NCBI GenBank assembly: GCA_964234715.1 | Contig: OZ174282.1 | Length of the DNA: 64,000 bases | Source of the DNA: Podarcis melisellensis | Lineage: Eukaryota | Reading direction: 5' to 3' (one strand) | Part shown: in pieces, positions 21,501-35,150 of the stretch | Numbering within the stretch: position 1 is the stretch's first letter | Layout of the letters: every line of letters begins with the position of its first letter | The notes under the pieces: generated by a model | Told to the model about the DNA's origin: nothing | The model's input: only the letters and a program-made list of their open reading frames with translations | The model's database searches: none | Translations under genes and position numbers: made by a program

Positions 21501-24500
21501 TGGGAAATACAGCACTGGCTTGGGCCGCATATTCCCCACCTATCCTTTACAATATATGAAACGACCACGAAAAAAGCTTTGCTTCAGAGAACTAAGAGTT
21601 CTAAAGCCTGACCAGCATCTAGAGGGGAGGAACAGCTAGAAATCCCATGAACAGCTGTAGACTTGCGGGATGAACACTACACAAGTACACACACCTACAT
21701 GAATGCAGTACTGTGCTGAGCTGTGCTGTGTACACGGCACATTTCCGCAGGCTTATGCAATGGATCCTTGTTGTTTGGAATGGGAATGACTTACCAGGAG
21801 CATTGCAGAAAAGGTAGGACAGTTAAGTCTAAGTCACAGAACAGTCCTGCTCATGCTGGCCATGCCAAAAGAACAGCAAACTTCACAGCCAATTACAGAC
21901 ATATCTTATTCCTGATGTTACCCAGGAGGGTAACCTATTAAAGCACAGAGGCTTGAGAGTTTAGGACTGCCTCGCTGTCTCTTTCTCTCTTACACGCAAA
22001 AGATGGTCTTATATGCTCCAAGTTCTAGTGCTGTGTCTTTGGAAAAGTCTCCTAAGATACTTACAACAGAGGTATAAGAAGAAAGGAAAGTGGCATCAGG
22101 AGGCCTAGCAAAGCAAGAGAAAGGAATAAGAGACTGTGTAGAGCGTGAATGCAAACCAGAGCCATTCAGAAAAATAAAAGATCCAGAGCGTGTGTGCCAT
22201 GATCCACTCCCAATTGGTAACAAATAGACAAGAGTGAAACAATTATTTCCTGTATCTCAGCATAACACTTCATGCATTTGATGAAGTAGCCCTTGTAGAC
22301 TTATACCACAATAAATGTGCTAATCTAAGGACAAGTACAGACATTAAAAAGCAAAAGAAAAATGTGGAAAACTGAGTGATTATATATATATTTGGTGCTT
22401 TTTCTTCAGACTTTGCCCCATCCACACTGAGCTTGTATCAATTACAACTGCAGTAAGAATCGAGGAAGGGCCTGGAGATGGAACAACACACATTGCATAC
22501 ACAAAGAAGAGCCAAGAGCCACTTACCTATTAAGGGGTTGCTATTCCTATTCATTGGCTTGGGAGGTGGAACAGGGGGTTGCTTGGCTGGTGCTGCCGTG
22601 GTAGCATTCGTAGCAGCAGTAGTGCGAGCATTTGTGAAAGCAGAGGGCACAGTCCTAGGGGCTGGGGAGGGAGCAGTGGAAAAATTGACCCCTTTCGCTG
22701 TGCTGGTGGCAGCCGCAACTGTGGAGGGAGGCATAGTCCTTGCGGTGCTGCTGGGAGGGCCAAGATCCCTCGCCTGCATGTTGCTCGTTTCCTGAGAGGA
22801 GGATGACAAAGGTCGTTTTGGGGGAAGCAGAGGCTGTTTATGAGCATGAGAATCATGATGGTGGTGGTGCTCCACTTCTGAATTGGGATGGCCATCCAAG
22901 GTTCCTGCAATGAAACATATTTTGCTTTTGTTTTCAGCAACATTATGACAATACCTAGAAAAGAACTTCTCATCTCAGGGTAGCTCTCTGATCATTATAG
23001 GGAGCATCATTAAACGGAGCCAAACCTTTTAAAAGTACTGTTATCTGCCCACTAGACATAAACCCCTGAGCTTCCTTACATGCGTGAAGGAGAGGGTTGT
23101 GGCATCTTAGAGACTAATTCATACTGCTGAGTATGAAGGTTTGGACCACAACCTACTTCCTATATAACACAGACCTTCTGCCTCTAATGTAGCTTTCTCA
23201 CCTGGTATCCTCCGGATATTTTGGATTCCAACTCTCACCAGCCCCAGCAAGCACAGCCAAAGCATCTAGCAGCCACCAGCCCACAAAAGTATTGGCCACT
23301 GTAAACCAGCTGGCCTTAAGGTGCCTCACACCACTCTCTTTGGATGGCTGCAAGCCAAGAGCATATCCAGACAGTATGTTTTGCACTCCTGATTGGGCAC
23401 AGCAGCTGAAGGTTCCTACCCACGACACCTCCAGCACAGGGAGCCTAAAAAGCTACCATAGACTACATAGATACCACAGTCCATACTGGTTTCTGCCAGC
23501 CATGCCAATCAGTAATCGTCAGCAGAGTGTTTAAGACCTTGCATGCCTCTGTGTGTGATACAGATCAAAACCAGCAACAGTTTCCCAGTTCCTGTATTTA
23601 GAGCAAGGGTACTGTGCCTCTCCATACATTGTTGGACTCCATGATCCCTGACCATTGGCTATGTTGCCTGGGGATGATGGGAGAGGGAATCCATCAATTT
23701 CTGGAGGGCCTGAAGCTTCTCCATCCCTGACTTAGAACTTTAGCAGGGATATCCTGAAATTTAAGCATTTATGAAAATCAGTAAGTAGGATTATTAATAT
23801 GCTAACCCTAACTATGCTTTGCTCCAGCGACAGGATCACCTCATAGCACCCCAGGAGTCCCTTCAGGCACTCCTTCCATGCATATATGAACATACAACCT
23901 GCCATCGCCAACTGTTTTGTGGCCTGTTTGTACATGGTACATTTTTTGGAATGTTTTTAGGTTTCGTGTTCAAAATTAAACTTCCTTGTAAGCTGCCATC
24001 ACATGAGATGGAAAGGGCTTAAACTAATAAGTGCCTCCACTTATTGGAAAACAGGAAGCAACCTTAAGCTGATTCAGATCTTTGGTTCATCCAGTTCAGT
24101 ATTGTCTACACTGGCTGGAAGTGGCTCTCCGTGGTTTCAGACAGGGGGTTTCTCCCACCTCTACCTGGAGAGGCCAGGGATTGAACTGGGGATCTTCTGC
24201 TTGCAAGGCAGATGTTCCACCACTGACCTATGACCCTTCCCCAATGAAACAGCAATAGAATTAGGTGATTTTAAACTCTGGATTTAGTTGTTTTATTGAG
24301 GGAGCCCTTTAAATGGCAATGCTCATTTCTTCAGAATGTAGTTAGCCAGACCCTCCTGCTCATTCTACTAAGTGAAGCACTGGACTTCTACCTCCTGCCC
24401 CAGCCCTGCCTTTATGGCACCACAGACTTGAAGAGCATTCTAAAAGTGCTGAGTTTTTGCAAAGAGGGCCTCTTCCTAGTAGTCAGGAAAAGGATCCTAA

Positions 24501-25129
24501 GCACTGTTCTCTGTTTCCACCCAACAGTTCCAAAGAATTCTGATTAAGCATTAATCAATTGTCCCTGAAAGGGGTGGGGAAACTGCATTGGAAAGTCTTT
24601 GCAGTTATTTATGTGCTGTTTGTTGGAGGAAACTTAAAAGGTTTCTTCCAATTTCCAAACTAGAGTTCAAGGTGAAGGCTGGCACTCAGCAGCAAAGCGT
24701 GGGCAGGAGGAGACAGAACGTCTGATAATAAGAAAGATAAATTGGGTGGGGCTAACCCCCTGGAAGTGAAGGTGTGAGTCGCTTGTGTTAGAAACTTGTG
24801 TGAGAATGAGGAAATCTTCATGGGTGGGTGTGCTCCACAGGAGAGACCCAAAACTGGTATTTTCACAGTGAAAGCCTGATAGTTAATGAAAAACACTTCT
24901 CAGAGAGCCACCACTCCTGCATCCCGGTTTCTCACCTTGTGATTTCTTCAGCTCCTCTAAGGGAACAGGCTTCTTAAGGCTTGTTCTTTTTCCAGTCTCT
25001 TCCTCCAGGTGTGCAAGGCTGACAATCCCAGAACCGTCAATGGGGATAGTGTGTCCATTTTTCAAGGCATCGTGGCTGAGTTTGTCTGGCTCCTCCTCAT
25101 CTGTTTTGGTTGTGGGGGGGGGAGATAGA

Positions 25130-25173
<44 letters not shown>

Positions 25174-28100
25174 GAGTTAAGGAAAGCACAGACAGGCCTG
25201 AAGATTGAGGCAGAAAATTGGTCAGGAAGGAAAAGGTGCACATACCATGTAGCAACAAGCCTGCCAGAAAAACACCGAGTCTGCAGGTGGTGGCTGAGGA
25301 TTAAATATTGGTGTCTGGGATTTAAAGAAAGAAGGCACCTTTGAATAGGCCTTAGCTGAGACTCCTGCATTGCAAGGGGTTGGACTAGATTACCCTTGAG
25401 CTCCCTTCCAACTCTACAATTCTATGATTCTGTGATAACACCTTCAAGTAAAAAGGATTGATGAGTGGCGTTGTTAAGGTAAAATAACATCTGGTCCATT
25501 TGTCATGACACAGGTGGGGGAATCCCAAGTATAGCAGCTGGGGCAGCCCTTCTCATTTTCTAGCACATTTTTCTTCAACACAGTCAAAAGGCTGAAGGCC
25601 CTATTTATTTAGACCTGACATGGGAAGCTTACAGAGGAATGCAGTCACACTGCAACTGATGGAGCTATACAGCCTAGGAGCTTTCATCTATTCTAATTAA
25701 ACACCAGAGAAACTCAAGAGACAGCAGCCAACAACCCCAAAGAATTCATAATGTGCCTCTAGCCTTGACAAAGGTGGGAAGCTTTTCCCCACTGTCTGTG
25801 TTCAACAACTGGAGTCCAAAGCTTTCTCTGTTAGTGTTATTCTCATTAGAAAAGAACGAAGAGTCTACTGGATAGCTACAATAAAGATCTATGATTCAAA
25901 GAGAATTTAAGACAAAAGGTGGCATCCAATGTTAGCTATACTCAGAGTAGACCCATCGAAATTAATGAACATGGCTAACTTGGGTTCATTGATTTAAATA
26001 GGCCTACTCTGATTAGAACATAGTTAAATACAAAGCTAGCAGGATGCATCCTATTGGTTATAACATCAAAGTGGTCCAAGATACAAATATAAAGCATTAT
26101 TTATTTTTAATTGATCTATTTGTGTCAAGGTTCAAGCATTTGTGCACAAATCCACAAGAGTCTTGCCAGGTATCTAATCTTTTCATTATTAATGGGGTCT
26201 AAACAGCAAGTAGTGGATAGATCAAAAGGCAAGCACCTGCCACCTCTTACTGGTTGGTTTGATAAAACATGGAAACTTTTAAGTTACAGGCAATATTTCA
26301 ATCCAAATTAAAGGGGTGTGTAACCTGCTCTGTTTCTAGAAAAATGTTTTCTATTTATTACATACGTAGACTTGGCAAAAAATATATATGCATAGAAGAC
26401 CTTTGCATCCAAGTTCAATATTTATTTTGCACTGTGAAAGGAGATGGGAGAGCAAAGGGAAATGCTAAAAGAAACTGCTGAAGAAATGTAAACTTTTGCA
26501 GCTCTTGAACTTCAAATGTACAGGCAACAATGCTTCTCTATTTTGTAGCCACTCTTAAAAAAACACCTCTTAAAAATAAGTCAAACCAGGGAGGGGGGGC
26601 AGGGAAAGAAGTGCAAGACTTGGAATGCACAGTCACATAACACTGACTAGAAAAAATACTTAATCTTATTCTGGTTTGGAGGGAACAAGTTTGCTCAATT
26701 GCTTTGCCAACTCATAAAGTCACAATTTTTTACATCCAATGACATAGAACTGCACCCCAAGAGCACCTGTTCCTGCATTGCTGCATGCACATCTGCCAGG
26801 GCCCTGTGTTGCAGGTCCTTTTAACACGGTATTCTTAATGAAAGCACTCTGAGGGTTGTGCTAGGAAGTGATATAGAGAGAGACTTGAATAAATAACGCT
26901 CCACATCTGCTCATGTATTGTGCTTAATTCTTCCTGCACTGTCAGCATTTGGTGTAGCAGCCCAGGGCAAGGCCAGATCCAGAGGATGGCAACATCGGGC
27001 CTTTGCTAGAGCAGCAGAAGGCTCGCCACTCATATCAGTGCTACCTTTTCCACTTTGGAGAGTATCCAAGAAAATCACCTGCAGCCCCAACAGCTTAACT
27101 ACACGTTGACATTAACATTGTGTATTTTTAAAAAGGAGCCCAATTGTCATCAAGATTGCACTGCATGGGGAAGGAAGGTTTAAGCCTTCCCTCCATGGCC
27201 ATAATATACCGTATTTTTCGCTCTATAAGACGCACCAGACCACAAGATGCACCTAGTTTTTGGAGGAGGAAAACAAAACAAAAAAAATACTCTGAATCTC
27301 AGAAGCCAGAACAGCAAGAGGGATCGCTGCACAGTGAAAGCAGCAATCCCTCCTGCTGTTCTGGCTTCTGGGATAGCTGTGTAGCCTGCATTCGCTCCAT
27401 AAGATGCACACACATTTCCCCTTTCTTTTTAGGAGAGAAAAAGTGAGTCTTATAGAGCAAAAAATACGGTATGTGAAAGTCACCACATTCATTCTCTGCC
27501 AATATGAGGAGGTTGTTTTTTTTTTCCCTAGTGGCAACTTTTGCACTTGGTAAGATCTCCTTCCTGCACTTAAAAAATAATAATAGCCGAAACTCACGCA
27601 AGAATTTTGCACATACCCCAAGCCAGAAAAATACATTTAAAAGAAGCAGTAAAGAGGGAGAGGAATAATAAAGCGTCAGTCATTCCCTCTAATGACAAGC
27701 GATATATTACTTTTTGGAGCACTGTTCTATTTGCCTCTCTTCCTTGGATCTTCTACTGTCTAATTATGTCAGCGACCGAGCAACGGCGGAAACAAGCCCC
27801 CAGTTCTCAAGGGGCTCGTCTTCTTACTCTACTTCCGATTTACCTCTTGACTCAATTTGTTCCAAGTTTGGTTTACTTTGGGCAACTGAGAGTGAGTTGT
27901 TGTGGTTTGCTTAAAAAAACCCAAAACTATGATAAGTTCAAGGGGAAAAACCCCCATTTGACATTGCTTGTGCCTGGAAGATTTTAAATGTTTTAAAATT
28001 GTCTGCCGTAGTTCAGCTTTATCTCTCAATGTACTTATCACATTACACCAATGTACCCTTGAACCTTGCAAACATCAGTTGCTCAATCAACAGGTATACA

Positions 28101-31100
28101 TACCATTAATTAGCAACAATTTTTGTCATATACTGTTCCGGGTTTTTGGTTTTCTGTGGGGGTTGATTTGGGCTTTTCCACCACACCACCCCCAGTACTT
28201 TTTTCTGCTTCCAATTTCTCAGCATGCTTTAGTTTAAGGAGGAAATTAAGGCAGAAGTTCAGACAATTATCCTGGCAACATATAAAGGCAATGGCTTTTG
28301 ATGCAATGCCCTACAAATGCAAAGCAAAAAGCCTCTGGCATATGATGGCTTCTAAAACTGAAAGCTGATGAGAGAAAGTGAAGAAACGAGTTGTTTTTGT
28401 GAGGGATGGTGGATGCAATGAAATATGTTCTTTGAAGACTAAAACCTATATGAATGGGATAAAGGAGCGTAGCAGTAACTAGGAAAAGGATCTGGAAGAT
28501 AAGCTCAAGGTAGGAAGGAGCACAAACACCCTCCCACCTCTGAATTGGTGTGAATGTCCACAGAACCCACATCTGGAATTAAAGTTCTCCAAGGGACAGG
28601 CAGGAAGCACAAGCTGCTTCAAGCTCACTCATTACAGTCCAGCTTTCTGCAACCTGGTGCCCTCTAGTTCTTGGCAGACTCTGACCTCCATTAGCCCCAA
28701 TCAGGATGCCCACTGGTCAGGGACGTGTAGTGAGTCATTTAAAAAACTGTTCTGCATTGCTTTTTAAACTTTTTAAATGTTACTGTATGCCACCCTGATG
28801 TTTTGTGAGAGGGCTATATATAAAGGTGATGGACTCTCCTTCTTTGGTGGTTTTTAAGCTGAGGTTGGATGGCCATCTGTCATGGATGCTTTAGCTGAGA
28901 TTCCTGCATTGCAGGGGGTTGGACTAGATGACCCTTGGAGTCCCTTCCAACTCTATAATTCTATGATTCTAAATACTTAAATAACTAAATGGAAGTTGTA
29001 GGCCAACAACATCTGGAGGACACGAAGTTGGAGAAAGCTGCCTAGGTTTTATTTTTGCCAGCTGGGAGGGCTTCAAAAGCATGTTGCTGTCTCTCTTTCT
29101 AAAAAACACTCACAGAGAAAGAGCTTATTCCTTCAATAGAAAAATTAGTCCCTAAAACAAGGGGATTGAAACAAATCTGCCAAGCAGCTATACTGTTCTT
29201 AACTCTAAATTGTAGAGGTTCAAAGTTACTTTCAACCATCCATCAAGATATAAGAAGACTCATTCTAAAAATTTAGAAATTCCACTAAAATGGTTGTTCC
29301 CCTTCTACAGCTATCATCCTCCTCAAACTGGATTACCAGAGGACACTCTGTGGTGCAGCAGGATAAGAGATTATGTGGATATGAAGTATAAAGGAAACTG
29401 GTCTTCTGTGGCTCCCACTTACAATTAGCCAGCTGTTGCCTAGGCACTCAAGTGTCTCTATGGCAGGGCCGAGAGCAAAACAACCAGAATCAGCAGACTC
29501 TGTTCCAACAGCAAGGCTGATGTTATCTTTCTTCCCCTCCACCCATCTCTTTTAGAGTCAGAGGGGAGGGCTAGGAAGGGAAAGGGGACTAAGCTCTCAT
29601 TCTATTGAGAACCTAAGAGGAAAGGGTATTTCCTTTGCTATCTTTTCCTGTGGGCAGGGCTGGATTAACTATTATGCTAAGGCCTCTACAGAGTACGGTT
29701 CAGTTTAATGGTTTGACTGCATGCAAAAAATGTGTCCAGCTTGCTTCTTGCAAAATTCCCCATAGCTCAGAACAGGGTGTCTTTCCCCACTAGCACAATG
29801 CAGGGGAGTACACTTCCTAGCTGGAGGAAAACAACACACTGAGCTTAGCCAGCCTGAACTTTTTCCTGCAGAAGACTGCAAGGGTGAGGTGCAGTGGCGT
29901 TAGGGAAGCTGTGTTCAAGGTGATGTATTGGTCTGCACAAGTTTTTTTTAGTGTAAAAATCATGGCAGATGAGAGACAGAGATCTGCAAGCGTGAGAAAA
30001 AGACTCCCAGGACACGACTTTGCTTAGCCCCCCTCCTGGGACTGTCCTTCAGCTTAGCCTAGAGGGGAGGAAGTCTGAGTTATTTGTACTCCAATTTGTT
30101 TCAGACCTTCCTGCCTCTAGTAAAACGACAACCAATTATTGCCATGCCGTAGCCAAGCAGCCACACTTAAGCAGGGACTTGTCTGAGCATCTGCTTTAGA
30201 ATATAAGAAGCTGCCTGATATTCCTGCTTGGTGATCCATCTAGCTTAGTATGTCCTACACTGACTGGCAGGAGCTATTCCAGAGTTTCAAACTCCCCACC
30301 CCACCCACACTTCTGTTGAGCATTGATACATGCTCCTTTTGCCCAGACTTACCTGCAGATTTTCGGCATTGAACCTGGGACCTTCTTTATGCAAAGCCAC
30401 TAGGCTATGTTTCCTTCTCTTTACCGTATGCACATGAAATCCAAGAGAAAACCTTTTCTACAGAGCTCACTACGTGAACTTTGGCAAGACACAGCCTCCC
30501 ACGCTAAACTACCTCATAGGAATGTGGTTGGGGCTAAAATGTCACACTGAGTCCCTTTGGGGAAGGGAACAAAATAAAACAGCTGTTCACCTCCAAGAAT
30601 GAGCAATGTCTATAGTGAGAAAAGTTTAAAAGGCAGAACAAGGATAAAGAATCACATGTAACTGATGGGGGTGGGTGGGGGCAGAAATGGCAGGGTGGGG
30701 GGCTGCACACAGGCATGGAATCCCAGAGGTGAGGTTTACTGGAGAGTCAGAATGGGCAGTGTAGGGTGGACAAAGGAAGACGGGTAAACTCACCCTGTTC
30801 AAGGTCTTCCAACAGAACCCCTCTTTTAATGAGCTCCTCTCTTGGCTTTCGCATTGAAATCTTTCGTTCTAAAACTGACATTACATTGGAGAAAAAAACC
30901 AGCACTCAGAATACAGGGAAAGTCGGAGATTTTGAAAAAAAAATCCTTTAAGACACCATATGTGGCCTAAGTGACTGTTTTTTTTTAGGGCTGAATGTTA
31001 AACTACTAGAGAGTCCAGACTGTTTGTGCTTATCTAAAACACTAGGAGGGACACAAACTATTTCCCCCAAACCATATCTCTGCAAGAAAAGGAGCTAGCA

Positions 31101-34100
31101 GCATCTTATTGCTAGCCTTTACTTTCAAGCACATAGCCTTTACTTTCAAGAAAAATACATAGCCTTTACTTTCAAGAAAAGTATTTCTCAAACATCTTTT
31201 CAAGAGAACCTCTGTCTGTGGTTGTGCCTTGTTCAAGGCTTCAGTCCCTAATGTTTGACCAGTTTTGAGCGTTTCCCTAAATTTGTGAAAACGAACATTT
31301 TTCATCCCACATCACTGTGTATGACATCTTTTACAGCTCCATTCCACCACCACCATCACCACCAGCCTTCTCCAAGCACTTAGGGCCTCCACGACCATTA
31401 TGTGATGAAGTACAACTTGAGAGAGACAGTTGCAGAAACAGCTGTTCCCTTGCATGAGTGTAGATTACTTCTTAAATTTAAGTTTAAGATTTGATACGGG
31501 CCAATTCTGGAATTTTGCTAAAGCAGCTGAGGAAGGTGGGACCTAAGAAGGACAAATCCATTCCATCGCAAAGAACCCTCATAGGCTTGGGAAGAAGGGG
31601 ATACAAAAGTTTAGCGTATTACCTTCTGAAGTCTCCTTAAACTTGCCACTGCTTTTCTTTTTTCTCCACTTCCAAGGTTTAAAGATCTTGCCAAAACCTG
31701 AAAACTTGCTTTTTCTCTTGGAAGGAGGTGTCGTGTCACCAGATTCCAGAACATCAGCCCCCATTCCAGCATCTTGTGATGGCTGATCCACCTCCTCAGC
31801 TACACAGAAAGGAAATACAGAAAAATTCATTACCTCTACAGTGGAGATAGAAATAAAGAAAAACTGTCTCTCTTGTTCTGTGTTAGGAAGATGCCTTATA
31901 CCAGGTCAGACTATTTGTCCATCCAGACCACTATGATCTGGCAGCAGCTCTCTAGGATCTGAGACAGAAAGAGGTCTTTTGCATCACTGGCTACTTGAGC
32001 TTTTTAAGTAGAGATGTCAGAGACCTACTGCATACAAAGAATGACTTGCAGACGAACCCATCTTTGTAGGCAAAGCCACTTAGCTCAGCTGCTTTCTCTT
32101 AAAGGTTTTCTAGTGCTGCAGATCTAAAACTATTTTGCATTGGTTAATTCATAATGGTCAGCTCTTGTCTTCAAACGTCTTTTAAAACAAAATATTTATT
32201 TTATTTCATTTATTTATTTTATAAGGACATTTATAAACTGCCAAGGAAAGGAAAGAATCATGGCAGTGTACCGTAAAATCATAAAAACATCATAATGGTG
32301 TAAAATCGTTACATACAGAACAAAACTAGCAACACTTGGGAAAAGCAAAAACTTTTTCAGCAGGTAAGGAAACATTATAACTGTAGGTGCCTGTTTGATT
32401 TCACTAGGAAGTGTTCCCAGTTATGGCACTGTATTTTACGTAAGCTGCCTTGCCTTAAAAGAAATGTTCTAAATAAATAAATCATTTGCAGATTCCATCT
32501 TTCCATCCTCAAAGCCAATCCTCCAACTGACCGACTAGCAGAAATACAGGCTACATAGACGCCATACATTTCAAATCACATTTAAAGCCCACATTTAAAG
32601 AACCCTGGGAAATGTAGTTTGTTAAGGGTCCTGGGAACTGTAGTTCCATGAGGGGCAAGCTAGTCTCCAAGATTCTTCTGGTGAGGGTGTACTTTGAACA
32701 TGCTTCCAATGTATGGTGTGTTCACAGCCATAATGTAAGTGGAAGGGAGAAACAGAGATACAAAGCCAGACAAGATGACTCTGAAACCTTCACACAGCCA
32801 GGCATTGTCAAACAAGAGCAGCAAGGAAAACAGCAGATATGCAAAGTCCAATATGTGTGTGCAAGAGAAGGTAGAAATGTGTTCAGAAATCCATTATGTG
32901 ACCTATGGTTCACAAACAAAAATACTTTCTGTTGTTCTGCTTTGCAGGACGATCTTTGCATCAAACCAGCCAAAATTATCTACTTTATCAGTAAAGTTAC
33001 ACTATTTGGTTTTTTCCTTCCTATTAAAAAAAGAAAGAAGGTGCTGATATCCTGGGCCAAGAGTAACAATCTCAGGAAAGCAACACAATAATCGCCTCCT
33101 ACTCCACCTACTGTTCCGGCATTTTCCAAACATTTTCAAAAAGGAAAAGAGCTCAGGAGGGGAGAGTTGACTTGTGGGGAAAGTGTTCTGCAATTTCAAG
33201 CACCCAAATGAGTACAGCAAAACAAGCAGGACTTGGATATGAATCCTGAGCCCAGATAGATTAGCCACTCATGCAGAATATTTATGTTTTCTGCAACCTT
33301 GGTTTGATTGCCCAACTGCAGAATGGGGCGGATGGCTGGGAAGGGGGAAGCTCCTGAAAACACGGATCAACTGATGGCAAGGCTAGCTGCACAAATGCCT
33401 CCACTGGCAAGCAGGTGCCCATTTCATAGACCCCAGGTTCACCAATAGCTGCTCCTGCCTCTGTGTCCCTTTTTAAAATTATTATTACATTTCAAGCACA
33501 CTTTGATCCTACTTTTTCCAGTTGGAAAAACAGCTACCAATGGTTAAAATATAATCAGTTAAAAGGTTAACAGGGGCAGCTAACCTTTTGTGGCCATAAG
33601 GCCATACTCACTCTTGGGCCAGTCCTGTAGGGGGCTTCTTGCCAGTGTTATGTATGTTTACCCCACACTCTTGCTCTCTCACACACAGGTATACAGCCCC
33701 ACCCATGCAAACCAGCTGAGGTGGGGGTTGTTCTCACCTGTTCTCCACTCATCAGATGATCAATCAATTAAATGAAGAGGGGCACTTTACATACCCATCA
33801 AGACACTGGGCTGGCTAACTGGTTTAAACCTCTCCACCCACCCCAGCATCATGTATACTCTATATCAGGGCTAGTCAACCTTTTTATACCTACCGCCCAC
33901 TAATGCATCTTTCTTGATGGTAAAATTTCCTTACCGCCCACCAGTGCTCGATGGAAGGATGCCTTAGAACCCCCTACCACCCACCTAGAATCCTGAAACG
34001 CCCACTAGTGGGTGGTAGGGACCAGGTTGACAACCCCTGCTCTATATTGTATGTGATTTTTGCAGCCACAAATTTTGGTGAGGTCTTTGGTGTGGGGTAT

Positions 34101-35082
34101 AAATACTGGCTTCATGTCCAGATGAGTCCCCCACCCCAAGAACACGTTTGCCACTCCTAACACAGAATGAAAAAGAAACAATTAAAAGAGAGGGGGAAAG
34201 GAAGGGGCCAACCAAACAATAATCAGCAGACATAATCAAAGAGCAAGGCTAGCCTTTGAAATATTACCCACCAAAAACAGGAGGAGGGGCACTCTTTCCT
34301 ATTGTACTATTTCAGCCACTACATTTTTTGGGCGATGTAGCTTTAATGTTGTGAAGTTTCATTTTACTTAAAAGTGAAAAAGGTATCCGTTCCCAATAAA
34401 TAAATCAGGATACTATAGGAGTCCAAATGTCACGAGTCCCCTAGTTTAGGAGCTCAGAGCAAACATTATACCCTATGGATGGAAAACCCTAGAAAGATAA
34501 TAGCAGCACTATTTCCTCATATTGTCACACTTTGCATACTATAAAATATTCAGACAATCAACAGGTGTTGGACACCATAAAGTGCTGTTACACAAATCCT
34601 TCCAGCTTTTTCAAGTGACTATACAGTGGTTTGTGATGCAGTGAAAGTAGACTGCAGTGGATAGGGTTTGAACATTATAAAATCAAGCTTCCAATCCCCA
34701 TTTAAACCTCACTTAATTTCCTTGACTAAATCCTCCTCTCTCAGTGTTACTCACAAAGCATTTTTACAAGAACAGCAGCATGGCACACTGAAAACCATAA
34801 AAACCATACGGAAAACCACTTTAGAAATACAGTGGTACCTCAGGTTACATACACTTCAGATTACATTTGCTTCAGGTTACAGACTCCGCTAACCCAGAAA
34901 TAGTACCTTGGGTTAAGAACTTTGCTTCAGGATGATAACAGAAATCGTGCTCCGGCGGCACGGCGGCAGCAGGAGGCCCCATTAGCTAAAATGGTCTTCA
35001 GGTTAAGAACAGTTTCAGGTTAAGAACGGACCTCCAGAACAAATTAAATACTTAACCCGAGGTACCACTGTAAATACATTTA

Positions 35083-35150
<68 letters not shown>

